Origin: an uncultured Acidobacteriota bacterium
Lineage (GTDB): Bacteria; Acidobacteriota; UBA6911
DNA: 64,000 nucleotides
Assembly: GCA_963827655.1 (NCBI GenBank)
Contig: CAWHCF010000006.1
Coordinates: 1 to 64,000 of the forward strand
Direction of reading: 5' to 3'
In this document: positions 51,787 through 61,588 of the stretch, piece after piece
Layout of the letters: each line of letters opens with the position of its first letter
Position numbering within the stretch: the stretch's first letter is position 1
The notes under the pieces: model-generated
What the model was told of the DNA's origin: nothing
Databases searched by the model: none
Seen by the model: the letters and a program-made list of their open reading frames with translations, nothing else
Translations under genes and position numbers: made by a program

Positions 51787-52653
51787 CTAGCCGCGGGCAC
51801 GGGCTGCGGCTGCTTCGATCGAGCGGCGCGTATAGACAGCCGCCAGCGCCTTGCGGTACTCGCCCGAGGCGTGTATATCCGATAATGCTTCGATTCCTTG
51901 AGTTGCGGCCTCAGAAGCGGAGCGAAGCGCCTCCGGATCGAGAGATTTTCCTCGAAGCCTGGATTCCACCGCGCCGGCGCGAAATGGCATAGACGCCACG
52001 CCGGTGACCCCGATGCGAATATCCGAGCACTTCCCGTCCTCCAGCGCCAGACTGGTGGCGATGCCGACGAGAGCGAAACCGGAGGCCGGTTGCGCGACTT
52101 TGAAATAGGCAGAGCCTGCTCGAGCCCCGGCTTTCTTTACCCGAATCTCGGACAGTATCTCGCCGGCATTCACGGCCGATTGAAGCATTCCGACAAAGAA
52201 GCTGCCTGCCGGAACTTCGCGCGGCCCGCCGGCTCCCACCAGTTTCATTCGGGCATCGAGCGCCAGGATCGCCGCCGGAATATCGGACGCGGGGTCTGCG
52301 TGCACGAGGCTCCCTCCAATGGTGCCCCGGTTCCGGACCTGAACGTCTCCCACATGCGCGGAACACATCGCCAGAAGCGGCGCCTTCTCGATGATGAGAG
52401 CCGAAGTCTCCAGCATGTAGTACGTGGTCGCGCCGCCAACGACGATGTCGTCTCCTTCCTCGCGGATGAATCGGAGCTCGGGAATTCTTCCGATGTCGAC
52501 GAGTACCGAAGGCGCGGCAAGGCGAAGCTTCATTAGCGGAATCAGACTATGGCCTCCGGCGAGGACCTTGGCCTCCGCTCCATGCTGGCCCAGAAGCTTC
52601 ACGGCCTCGGCCACCGACTTGGCAACCACATAGTCAAAGCTCGACGGAATCAT
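51787..52653 (-). CDS. coxM: Molybdenum hydroxylase FAD subunit (CoxM/CutM-like)
   Basis: KVLAGGHSLIP.MKLRLA.P, QVRNRGTIGGS, SDIHASGEYR. Confidence 0.92.
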   Translation of the reverse strand: MIPSSFDYVVAKSVAEAVKLLGQHGAEAKVLAGGHSLIPLMKLRLAAPSVLVDIGRIPELRFIREEGDDIVVGGATTYYMLETSALIIEKAPLLAMCSAHVGDVQVRNRGTIGGSLVHADPASDIPAAILALDARMKLVGAGGPREVPAGSFFVGMLQSAVNAGEILSEIRVKKAGARAGSAYFKVAQPASGFALVGIATSLALEDGKCSDIRIGVTGVASMPFRAGAVESRLRGKSLDPEALRSASEAATQGIEALSDIHASGEYRKALAAVYTRRSIEAAAARARG

Positions 52654-55010
52654 TGAGTGGCCCTCCCTTGCTTGATGATGCGCCAAATCTTTTCGGGTCT
52701 AAGGGGCATGTCGATATGCTTGACGCCGAAGGGCGCCAGCGCATCGACAACGGCATTGACAATCGCGGGCGTGGAGCCGATCGTGCCGGCTTCTCCCACC
52801 CCCTTGACTCCCATCGGATTCACATTCGTGGGAGTCTCGGTCCGATCCGTCTCGAATCGAGGCAGGAAGGTTGCTTTAGGAATGGCGTAGTCCATGAGCG
52901 TTCCGGTGATCAGCTGCCCGTTTTCGTCATAGACCACTTCTTCCCAGAGCGCCTGTCCCATTCCTTGAGCTATGCCGCCGTGTACCTGGCCATCCACGAG
53001 CAGCGGGTTGATCGCCTTGCCGCAGTCATCGATGGCAACATAGCGCTGCCACTTGATCTCTCCCGTCTCGCCGTCGATCTCCACGACGGCGACGTGGGTG
53101 CCGAAGGGAAATGTGAAGTTGCTCGGTTCGAAGAACTGCGTGGACTCGAGCCCCGGCGTTTCTCCCTTGGGAAGCGCCTTGGCGGTGTAGGCGGCCAGCG
53201 CGATGTCCTGCAGACTCGTGGAAAGCTCCCGCTTCCCCTTCACGTAGTAAGTCGGTCCGCTGATGACGATCTGATCGGGCTCGGTCTTGAGCATCATGGC
53301 TGCGAACTGCCTGGCCTTCTCCTTGATCTTCTCGATGCACATGTAGACCGCCGTGCCTCCCACGGCTGTGCCCCGGCTTCCGAAAGTGCCGATTCCATAC
53401 TGCACGATAGCGGTGTCGCCGTGGCTGACGACGACGTCTTCGGGGTTGACGCCCAGCATGTCGCAGGCGATCTGAGTAAAGCTGGTCTCCTGTCCCTGCC
53501 CGTGAGGCGAGACGCCCGTGAGAATCGTGACTTTACCTGTCGGAGCAACCCGGACCGTGGCCGACTCCCAACCCCCGGCGGGCATCGCCGACGACGGGCC
53601 CAGGGCGCAGATCTCGACGTAGCTTGATAATCCGATGCCAAGGTACCGCCCATCCTTCCGCAGCCTCGACTGCTCTTCACGCAGCTTGTCGTAGCCTGCT
53701 TTTTCAAGAGCGATCTTCAGCGCGTTCTGGTAATTCCCGCTGTCGTAAACCAGTCCGGTCGACGTGGAATAAGGAAAATCTTCAGGTTCCACCAGGTTCT
53801 TCGTCCGGATCTCGACCGGATCCTTGTTAAGGTCTTGCGCGATGCGGTCCATCATGCGTTCGAGCAGGTAAGTGGCTTCCGGCCTCCCCGCTCCGCGATA
53901 GGCGTCGGTCGCTACTTTGTTCGTGAACACGCCGATCAGATCCATCTGAATCGCTGGAATCTTATAAGGGCCCGATAGCATCAGGCCGGTGAGCGTGGGA
54001 ATTGCCGGGGTCAAGAGCTGATGGTACGCGCCAAGGTCCGCCAGGACGCGGCAACGAAGCCCGAGGATAGTTCCGTCATTCTTGACCGCTACCTCAACTT
54101 CGTTGATTTGAGCCCGGCCCTGGATCGTGCCCGCGATATTCTCCCGCCGCGTCTCGGACCACTTGACCGGTGTGTTCAGCATCCTGGTCAGATAAGCCAG
54201 AAGGCCTTCTTCCCGGTAGACATTCAGCTTGCAGCCAAAACCGCCGCCGACTTCCGGCGCGATCACGCGAACCCGGTTCTCCGGCGCCCCCACCATCACC
54301 GCGACCTGAGTGCGCAGCAGGTGCGGAATCTGCGTTGACGACCAGAGATTGATGGTTTCTTCGCCCAGATTGTACTGTGCCACGACGGCACGGCACTCGA
54401 TCGAAATAGGAGCGAGGCGTTGATTTACCAGCCGCTGGGTCACGATCTTGTCCGCGCTCGCGAACGCCTTCTCGATATCGCCTCCCCCTTTTTGAACAAA
54501 AGTAAAAGCGATATTGTTCTCAAACTCCGGATGGACCTTGGGAGAATCCGGCTTTGCCGCCGCCTCTGAATCGACTACGGCCGGAAGCGGGTCGTATTCG
54601 ATCTGAACCAGGTCAGCGGCATCCCTGGCGGTATAGCGATGCGTGGCAATGATCGCGACGACCGGTTCGCCTACATACCGGACGGCATCCACCGCCAGGA
54701 CGGGATGGAAGGGAGCCTTCAGCCCCGGCATCCCGGCAGCGCAAGGGACCGAACCAATGAGGTGGGAGATATCCTTGCCGGTCAGAACCAGGATGACTCC
54801 CGGCGCGCGCTTGGCCGCCTCGGTATCGATGGAAATGATATTGGCATTCGCATGGATGCTGCGCACGAAGCCCACATAGAGCATGTGAGGGAACTTGAGA
54901 TCATCCACATACGTGGATGATCCGGTGATGAGGCGCGGATCCTCCTTGCGCTTCATCGAGGAACCCATTGCGCCAGGAAGCGTTTCTTCCATCGGTTTAG
55001 CGGTAGCCAT
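52650..55010 (-). CDS. coxL: Molybdenum hydroxylase large subunit (form II CoxL-like)
   Basis: RKEDPRLITG, VGGGFGCK, AYRGAGRPEA, PHGQGQET, GTFGSRG, KGVGEAG. Confidence 0.92.
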   Translation of the reverse strand: MATAKPMEETLPGAMGSSMKRKEDPRLITGSSTYVDDLKFPHMLYVGFVRSIHANANIISIDTEAAKRAPGVILVLTGKDISHLIGSVPCAAGMPGLKAPFHPVLAVDAVRYVGEPVVAIIATHRYTARDAADLVQIEYDPLPAVVDSEAAAKPDSPKVHPEFENNIAFTFVQKGGGDIEKAFASADKIVTQRLVNQRLAPISIECRAVVAQYNLGEETINLWSSTQIPHLLRTQVAVMVGAPENRVRVIAPEVGGGFGCKLNVYREEGLLAYLTRMLNTPVKWSETRRENIAGTIQGRAQINEVEVAVKNDGTILGLRCRVLADLGAYHQLLTPAIPTLTGLMLSGPYKIPAIQMDLIGVFTNKVATDAYRGAGRPEATYLLERMMDRIAQDLNKDPVEIRTKNLVEPEDFPYSTSTGLVYDSGNYQNALKIALEKAGYDKLREEQSRLRKDGRYLGIGLSSYVEICALGPSSAMPAGGWESATVRVAPTGKVTILTGVSPHGQGQETSFTQIACDMLGVNPEDVVVSHGDTAIVQYGIGTFGSRGTAVGGTAVYMCIEKIKEKARQFAAMMLKTEPDQIVISGPTYYVKGKRELSTSLQDIALAAYTAKALPKGETPGLESTQFFEPSNFTFPFGTHVAVVEIDGETGEIKWQRYVAIDDCGKAINPLLVDGQVHGGIAQGMGQALWEEVVYDENGQLITGTLMDYAIPKATFLPRFETDRTETPTNVNPMGVKGVGEAGTIGSTPAIVNAVVDALAPFGVKHIDMPLRPEKIWRIIKQGRATQ

Positions 55011-55018
55011 GGTTCCTC

Positions 55019-55513
55019 CTAACCGGATGCCGAAGCAACCTTCGATTCCCGAAGCTTGCGCGCGGCGTGTTCGACGGCGTTAACAATATGTTGATACCCG
55101 GTGCAGCGGCAGAGATTGCCATCCAGGCCATGCCGGATCTGCTCTTCCGACGGATTGGCATTTCTCTTCAGCAGCTGGCAGGCGGCCAGGATCATTCCAG
55201 GCGTGCAAAAGCCGCATTGCAAGCCGTGCTCTTCCCAGAATCCTTCTTGCATGGTATGCAGCGTGCCATCCGGCGCTAACCCCTCGATGGTGGTCACCTC
55301 GGATCCCGCAGCTTGAACCGCCAGCAGCGTGCACGATTTCACCGCCTCTCCATCCAGCAGTACCGTGCACGCCCCGCAGATGCTGGTTTCGCAACCGATA
55401 TGCGTCCCTGTGAGACCCAGTATTTCGCGCAGATAGTAGACCAGGAGCAGCCTTGGTTCGACATTGTTTTCGTAATCTCTTCCGTTGACTTTGACGCGAA
55501 TCGCATATCCCAC
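55019..55513 (-). CDS. coxS: Molybdenum hydroxylase 2Fe-2S subunit
   Basis: [27 protein letters not shown]. Confidence 0.95.
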   Translation of the reverse strand: MGYAIRVKVNGRDYENNVEPRLLLVYYLREILGLTGTHIGCETSICGACTVLLDGEAVKSCTLLAVQAAGSEVTTIEGLAPDGTLHTMQEGFWEEHGLQCGFCTPGMILAACQLLKRNANPSEEQIRHGLDGNLCRCTGYQHIVNAVEHAARKLRESKVASASG

Positions 55514-55761
55514 GTCCGTTACCTCCCCGGGGATTTACCTGAAGAATTGAGAGAAAAAATCGCTTCGGGAATTTCTTCGAAACGACCTTCGGACTAGGCC
55601 TAAATGGGGTTTCACGCTATCACAGGGCAAGAACAAAAGCCACCGCTAAGACGCGAGACGCAGAGTGCAATCGGGCGTTCGAACATGGGTGGAGTGGGGG
55701 GGCGCCCGGTAGCTTACACCTGGCTTGAAATTCTTGTCCACGATGTTCAATAATCGTCGCG

Positions 55762-56169
55762 ATGAAGGACCCTTACTCGGTGCTTGGGATAACACCCCAG
55801 GCGAGCGAAAGAGAGATCCGCTCTGCTTATCGCGCGCTGGCCAAGAAGCTTCATCCCGATACCGGCGCAGGCTCCTCGGAGGAGAAGTTTCGCGCGATTC
55901 AGGATGCCTATGAAGTGGTGAGCGACCCCGAAAAACGCCGGTCCTACGACAGAGCACGCCAACGCGCTGCCGCGGCGCGCTATGGGCCCGTGATTCCGGA
56001 GACGCGCCTGAATCCAAGATCGTCCCACATCGATCTGCGCAACCTCTCCGGCGAGAGAAGAGGCGAGCCCATCCGCTTCACAGCCGGTGCGGACCGCCGC
56101 GTCCGCTCAGTCGATCCCTTCTCGGAAGTTCAGGCCCTCTTCCGATTATTCGACGATTTCTTCTTCTAG
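55762..56169 (+). CDS. Small DnaJ-domain protein
   Basis: DPYSVLG...AYRALAKKLHPD...AYEVVSDPEKRRSYD. Confidence 0.92.
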   Translation: MKDPYSVLGITPQASEREIRSAYRALAKKLHPDTGAGSSEEKFRAIQDAYEVVSDPEKRRSYDRARQRAAAARYGPVIPETRLNPRSSHIDLRNLSGERRGEPIRFTAGADRRVRSVDPFSEVQALFRLFDDFFF

Positions 56170-56174
56170 AACCG

Positions 56175-57080
56175 ATGGCGCAAGACTACATTGAAGTGCG
56201 CCTGAAAACCACGGTGGATCCGGGGGAACTCCTCGGATTCCTCAACCAGGAAGAAATCAGCGGGGCATGGGAAAACGACGGCGTGGTGTATCTATACTGG
56301 CCGGTCGACCACTGGACTGCGGAAATCCTGAACGCGATCGAGGAGGCGCTGCGCCGGCTGGGCGATCAAACCGCAACCACTCTCGGCGTGGATCGAATCC
56401 ATGATCAGAACTGGAATGAAGTCTGGGCGCAATCCATCCAGCCCGTCCGGGTCGGCCGTCGCATGCTGATCCGGCAAAGCTGGAATTGGCAACCACGCCG
56501 AACCGGAGAAATCGAACTCGTGATTGATCCCAAGCGGGCATTCGGAAGCGGCCATCACGCTACAACCCAGCTGCTGATGGAATGGCTGGAAGACCGGATA
56601 CAGGGCAACGAGCGCGTGCTCGACATCGGAACCGGAAGCGGGATTCTGGGAATGATAGCTCTGCGTCTGGGCGCCGTCTCGGCACTGGGAATCGACCATG
56701 ATCCAATCGCAATCGAGTGTGCCCGGGAGTGTGCTGCAATCAATGGATTTGGCCCCGAGCTGGATCTCCGGACCGCGGCGATCGGCGAGTTGAGCGCCCG
56801 GACGTTTGACCTGGTGCTGGCCAATTTGGATCTCAACACTCTGCTTGCTTATGCCGATCGCGTCGTGAGATGTGCCCGTCCCGGAGGGACCATTCTCATC
56901 TCGGGGATTGCTCCTCAGGACTACCAGGAGATCTCCACGGCGTACGCGGCCGCCGGCGGGCTCGTGGTGAGCCGGCGCGATCGCGACGAGTGGATGGCGC
57001 TCGAAATAGGTGACAGGCTACCTTTCCAATTTCGCAAGGGTTCCAGTTTTCTCACGAAATTGGAAGGAGCCTGTCACTAA
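56175..57080 (+). CDS. prmA: Ribosomal protein L11 methyltransferase
   Basis: IDPKRAFGSGHHATT, VLDIGTGSGIL, FDLVLANL, ISGI. Confidence 0.88.
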   Translation: MAQDYIEVRLKTTVDPGELLGFLNQEEISGAWENDGVVYLYWPVDHWTAEILNAIEEALRRLGDQTATTLGVDRIHDQNWNEVWAQSIQPVRVGRRMLIRQSWNWQPRRTGEIELVIDPKRAFGSGHHATTQLLMEWLEDRIQGNERVLDIGTGSGILGMIALRLGAVSALGIDHDPIAIECARECAAINGFGPELDLRTAAIGELSARTFDLVLANLDLNTLLAYADRVVRCARPGGTILISGIAPQDYQEISTAYAAAGGLVVSRRDRDEWMALEIGDRLPFQFRKGSSFLTKLEGACH

Positions 57081-58690
57081 AATCCGGGTGGGGGCTCGAA
57101 CCCTCCGATGACCTCCGTTACGCGACCGGCAATATCAATCGCGGTCGCGTCCTCAAGATACGGACCCATGATCTGGAGCCCTACCGGCAAGTTTGCTTTC
57201 GTTCTTCCTACTGGAGCCACCGTGGCGGGGCATCCGGAGAGTGTGGCCGGCGAAATCCACTTCAACATATCCGCGTACAATCTCTCACCCTGAGGAGTGG
57301 CGACCTTCCTCTCAAAAAACGTCAATTTCTGATCGTGGGGAAAGGCCGGCACGATGTTTTCCGGCATCAGAAAAGCATCGCAGGTCTTGAAGTATTCTTC
57401 CCAGACAGCTCGGACTTTGAGGCGCCCTTCGGTCAGGCCCATCCACTGTCTGTGGGTAAGGTTCATCCCGTCGAGCCAGCCCTGAGCGTAGTGCCCCCAG
57501 GCACTTTGGGTAGACTGCTGGATTACCCTGATTTGTTCTTCTCCCAACCCGGCGCCTATGACGGCCGCCAGCAGACGCAGGTAAGTCTCGAAGCTGTCTT
57601 GAGGGTGGAATCCCTTGGGCCAACCTTGAACAAGTTCCAGACCTGCCTTTCGCAAGGCCTCGATCGCGATCGAGAGAACCTCGAGCACATCGGACCCCAA
57701 GGGGCAGAACGGGTCGTCCAGCACGTAACCGATCCGATAATCTTTGAGCCTGGAACCGCGCGCGGAGGGGAGATGCCACCGGTAGGCGATGGAGTCCTTC
57801 GAGAAGGGACCCGCCATGACCTCGAGTTGCAAGGCCAGGTCGCGGGCGCTCCGCGCCATCGGACCAGCGACAGGCAGATCTGGCGTCGTCGGCATCGTTC
57901 CGGGCGGAGGAGGTATATGGCCCTCCATGGGAACAACATTGAGAGTGGGTTTGTGGCCGTAGATGCCACAGAAGTGGCTCGGGGTGCGAATGGAGCCTCC
58001 GATATCGCTTCCAAGCTCGAGGAAGCCGATTCCGGCCGCAATACACGCGGCCCCTCCTCCGGTAGAACCTCCCGGTGTTCGTTTGGTATCCCACGGGTTG
58101 TTCGACGTGCCGACGATTTCGTTGAACGACTGCAGATCACCGGCAAACTCGGGCATGTTGGTCTTGCCTATGACGATCGCGCCCGCCTTTTTCAGGCGCG
58201 CCACCGCCGCGGCATCCTCTTTGGGAACATGCTTCTCCAGCATCTTCGAGCCGGAAGTCGTTCTCACGCCCGCAGTTTCGAAAGCATCTTTGATGACAAT
58301 GGGTAGTCCGTGAAGCGGTCCCCAGAGATTGCCCGCCGCCCGGTCCTGATCGGCCAGTCGACCCCGCTCTGTCGCCTGCTCCTCCATCAGGGTCACAAAC
58401 GCATTAAGTCTTGGATTATGTTTCTTGATGCGGTTGAACGTCGTTTCCAGCAGTTCGCGCGATGAGATCACCCCCTCGCGCAGCGCGCGCAAGGCTTCAT
58501 GCGCAGGACCGAAATTGGGATCAAAGCGGCGGGCGGCTGCCGACGGGCGTGGCATGCGACTGAGGTATGGAGCTGCCATCGGAACAGCGGCGACGGTTTT
58601 CAAAAAGGACCGGCGATTCGATTTACGATTGACGATTGACGATTGACGATTGACGCCAGGCGGCTGACGCGTGACCTGCGGTTTATTCAT
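57077..58690 (-). CDS. Amidase-signature family enzyme with a Tat-like signal
   Basis: GPLHGLPIVIKD, GKTN, TPGGSTGG, GSDIGGSIRTP; NRRSFLK. Confidence 0.93.
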   Translation of the reverse strand: MNKPQVTRQPPGVNRQSSIVNRKSNRRSFLKTVAAVPMAAPYLSRMPRPSAAARRFDPNFGPAHEALRALREGVISSRELLETTFNRIKKHNPRLNAFVTLMEEQATERGRLADQDRAAGNLWGPLHGLPIVIKDAFETAGVRTTSGSKMLEKHVPKEDAAAVARLKKAGAIVIGKTNMPEFAGDLQSFNEIVGTSNNPWDTKRTPGGSTGGGAACIAAGIGFLELGSDIGGSIRTPSHFCGIYGHKPTLNVVPMEGHIPPPPGTMPTTPDLPVAGPMARSARDLALQLEVMAGPFSKDSIAYRWHLPSARGSRLKDYRIGYVLDDPFCPLGSDVLEVLSIAIEALRKAGLELVQGWPKGFHPQDSFETYLRLLAAVIGAGLGEEQIRVIQQSTQSAWGHYAQGWLDGMNLTHRQWMGLTEGRLKVRAVWEEYFKTCDAFLMPENIVPAFPHDQKLTFFERKVATPQGERLYADMLKWISPATLSGCPATVAPVGRTKANLPVGLQIMGPYLEDATAIDIAGRVTEVIGGFEPPPGF

Positions 58691-58838
58691 CGAGGACGCT
58701 CCTTCGATTTACGATTGACGATTGACGATTTACGATTGCAGCAGCGCCTCATGCGTGCCATGCGGTTCATTCCCATCGAGAGACGCTTCTTCGATTGTCT
58801 TTAAATCGTAAATCGTCAATCGTCAATCGTCAATCGTC
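58617..58838. repeat. Heptamer (GATTGAC)n arrays in a tandem-duplicated unit of about 90 bp, plus an inverted (GTCAATC)n arm
   Basis: Units 58617-58705 and 58703-58796 share TTCGATTTACGATTGACGATTGACGATT...TGCGGTT...CATCGAG..GACGCT.CTTCGATT. Inverse arm at 58803-58838. Confidence 0.85.
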
Positions 58839-60093
58839 TGACCGGCGCTCCGCGGTAATAGTGCCGCAAGGCGGGAGTCTTGAGCGCAATCCACAGGGTG
58901 GCAATCAGACTTCCGATACCTCCGGTGACCACTGAGAAGGGAGCGCCATACCAATTTGCCACCAGTCCGGCCTCCAGTTCTCCCAGCTGCGGACCACCCA
59001 TGAAGAACACCATGTTTACGCCGGTCATCCGCCCCCGCAGATGATCCGGAGTTTCGATCTGGCGGATGATGTTTCGAAGCACCATGCTCACGGTGTCGGT
59101 CACGCCTGTCAGCGCCAGACAAAAGAACGTGAGCCAGAAACTGCGCGAAATGCCAAAGATCAAGGTTGCCAGGCCATAACCCGCGACGGCCCAAAGCAAG
59201 ACCGATCCGCGCCTCTGGATGTGGTCGACCACCCGCACCATGACCGCGCTTGCGAGTACGGCACCCACGGAGGGGGCCGCATACAGCCAGCCGTATCCTT
59301 TCGCTCCCACCCGGAGGATGTCCTGCGCAAAGATCGGCAGCAGCGCCGTAGCCGATGAGAAGAACGTCGCAAAAAAATCGAGCAACATGGTTGAGCGGAT
59401 CATGGGCGACGAGAAAACGAACCGCAGCCCTTCACCGGCGGCATGGCGGCTGATTTTTCCCCTGTCGCTGTCCAACGGCCTGGCAACGTCGCGCATGAGG
59501 AGTAGTGCCACAATTACCACGACAAACGAGAATGCGTTGACTACATACACCCACTTCACGCCGGCCGTGGCAACCACTACTCCCGCCAGCGAGGGGCCGG
59601 CAACCGAGGCGATCTGAAACATGATGGTGTTGAGGCTGATGGCATTGGCCAGGTGTTCGCGCGGAACCAGGTTGGGAATCAATGACTGCCGAGCCGGGCC
59701 ATCAAAGGAACCCGCCGCCGAGCTCAGCGCCGTCAGCAGGTAGACCGGCCACGCTGCCGAAAGGCCGCGGAATGTCAGAAAGGCGAGCAAGCCGGCGAGA
59801 AGCGCCATGGCGGTTTGTGTAGCCGTCATCAGTTTACGACGATCGAGCGCATCCGCAACCACTCCACTGATCACCGAAAATACGACGATCGGGATCACCC
59901 GCACCAATCCCACCAGGCCGAGGGCTAACCCCTTTTGATCGGCCGGCACAAGAAGGGAGACGTGCCACAGAATCGCCGCATTCTGCATCATGGAACCGGA
60001 AAACGAAATGAGCTGGCCCCACCAAAGCAGCCGGAAATTACGGTGTTGGAGGGCTACGAGAGAAGAGGCTATGAGGCGCGAGGAACTAGGGAT
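58816..60093 (-). CDS. MFS transporter (DHA3/EntS-like); start codon uncertain
   Basis: ALQHRNFRLLWWGQLISFSGSMMQ, GVVADALDRRKL, TPDHLRGR, GGPQLGELEAG. The frame is open upstream of ATG 59991, and AGGAG precedes ATC at 60093. Confidence 0.88.
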   Translation of the reverse strand: MPSSSRLIASSLVALQHRNFRLLWWGQLISFSGSMMQNAAILWHVSLLVPADQKGLALGLVGLVRVIPIVVFSVISGVVADALDRRKLMTATQTAMALLAGLLAFLTFRGLSAAWPVYLLTALSSAAGSFDGPARQSLIPNLVPREHLANAISLNTIMFQIASVAGPSLAGVVVATAGVKWVYVVNAFSFVVVIVALLLMRDVARPLDSDRGKISRHAAGEGLRFVFSSPMIRSTMLLDFFATFFSSATALLPIFAQDILRVGAKGYGWLYAAPSVGAVLASAVMVRVVDHIQRRGSVLLWAVAGYGLATLIFGISRSFWLTFFCLALTGVTDTVSMVLRNIIRQIETPDHLRGRMTGVNMVFFMGGPQLGELEAGLVANWYGAPFSVVTGGIGSLIATLWIALKTPALRHYYRGAPVRRLTIDD

Positions 60094-60133
60094 GACTGCT
60101 CCTGGGAGTTCGTCTTATACGTTTGCCTGCTGC

Positions 60134-61408
60134 CTACTGCTTTTGTGTCACCAAATACGGGATCGTCATCGGTCCCTCGGGAAGCACCGCGATCGCAGAG
60201 TCTCGACCGATGCGTTTCAGCTCTTCGCCGACCTCGTCACCGATATCCAGGACGGGGTCGAGATGGGCGCGCCTCACCTCGGACGAATCAATCTCGCTGT
60301 AAAGCCCGACGCGGGCCTTCCGGCGGATCATCGCCAGCATTTGGGCCTCCCACTGATCGTACATCGAAAACCCCGGAGCGAGGATGGTATCGAGAATGTC
60401 CTTGGGCGAGGCGTGGTCGAAGAGAAGCTTGCGGAAATTTCCATGCGCTGGAAAGCCGTCATTGCACCTGGATGCAGCCAGGATCAACCCGCCCTCTGCC
60501 ACGATCTGCGCCCCGGCAGACATCCCCTTGACTGCCTGATAGAGGTTCTGGTCGAGCGGATAACCCCCGTTGGTGGTGACTACAATCGGGTAAGCCTGTT
60601 CGCACGCCACCATGGCGGTCGACTTGGCGAAAATGCAACCCTGCTCGTGCGCGGTCAGGGTATCCCCGCAGAAAAACCCCGTGATCTGCCGGTTCCGGTT
60701 CTGGGTGACATTAATGCAGAAATCGACCGGAAGAAGAGACCCGTTAGCCCGGATTTGGTCCTGTGTCGGATTCCGTTCCAGCACTCCCCAGGTGCTTCGC
60801 GGATCTCCGATCACCGAAGCGCGATGGTAATGCATGATCGAGTCGATATCCGCCAGGGCTGGGAAGATCCCTTTGTATCCGCCGGAAAACCCGGCCATGA
60901 AATGCGGCTCGATAAACCCGAGCACGATACGCCGGTCGGCCTGCACGTATTCCTTGTTCATGAACACGATTCGCCCATCCGGCGATTTCCCTGCCGGCAG
61001 CAGAGTGGCGGGGTCGTGAGATGAGTGGTTGACGATTCGATACTTTGAGGCGATCTCGGCTCCCACCATCGCGGCCAGTTCCGGCTCGGTATTGGGACGA
61101 TGCGAGCCGGTGCCGACGATAATGGTGAAATTCTTCTCCGGCACTTGCGTCAGCTCTTCGAACGTCCAGCGCAGGAGGCGATCAGTCACCAGCGGCCGCG
61201 TGATATCAGGTATCACCACGGCCACGCGCTCCTCCGGCCCTATAGTCTCCCGGAGCGGCCGCGTGTTGATCGGGTTGCGCACCGAAGCGCGGAAAGCGGT
61301 CTCTTCGTCTTGAAGCCCTTCCAGGAATTTCGGGGCTATCACGCTCACGTTCAACGACGGGATTTGCACATCGAGTCCGTCTCTTCCGTACTCCAGGCGC
61401 ACATTCAT
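60134..61408 (-). CDS. larA: Nickel-pincer-dependent lactate racemase family protein (LarA homolog)
   Basis: PDITRP, GTGSHR, VNH, IEPHFMAGFSGGYK, GGYPLDQNLYQAVKG, VLPEGP. Confidence 0.9.
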   Translation of the reverse strand: MNVRLEYGRDGLDVQIPSLNVSVIAPKFLEGLQDEETAFRASVRNPINTRPLRETIGPEERVAVVIPDITRPLVTDRLLRWTFEELTQVPEKNFTIIVGTGSHRPNTEPELAAMVGAEIASKYRIVNHSSHDPATLLPAGKSPDGRIVFMNKEYVQADRRIVLGFIEPHFMAGFSGGYKGIFPALADIDSIMHYHRASVIGDPRSTWGVLERNPTQDQIRANGSLLPVDFCINVTQNRNRQITGFFCGDTLTAHEQGCIFAKSTAMVACEQAYPIVVTTNGGYPLDQNLYQAVKGMSAGAQIVAEGGLILAASRCNDGFPAHGNFRKLLFDHASPKDILDTILAPGFSMYDQWEAQMLAMIRRKARVGLYSEIDSSEVRRAHLDPVLDIGDEVGEELKRIGRDSAIAVLPEGPMTIPYLVTQKQ

Positions 61409-61423
61409 CGGTTTCTCTCCGTA

Positions 61424-61588
61424 TTTACGATTTGACGATTGACGATTGACGATTGAAAAGCCTCACCTAGCATCTACCAAACACCGCCGAGTCTATTGCC
61501 AAGATCTCTTTCGAACTTAGTTCGGGGAATCGCCTCCCTACTATTCAAGATACCAATCGTCAATCGTCAATCGTAAATCGTCAATCGT
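61424..61588. repeat. Inverted heptamer arrays (GATTGAC)n-about 100 bp-(GTCAATC)n
   Basis: TTTACGATTTGACGATTGACGATTGACGATTG ... CAATCGTCAATCGTCAATCGTAAATCGTCAATCG. Confidence 0.88.

Noticed and set aside
58617-58838. Possible CRISPR array (repeat-spacer appearance)
   Set aside because: Only two units, the 'spacers' resemble each other, the repeats are heptamer microsatellites, and there are no cas genes.
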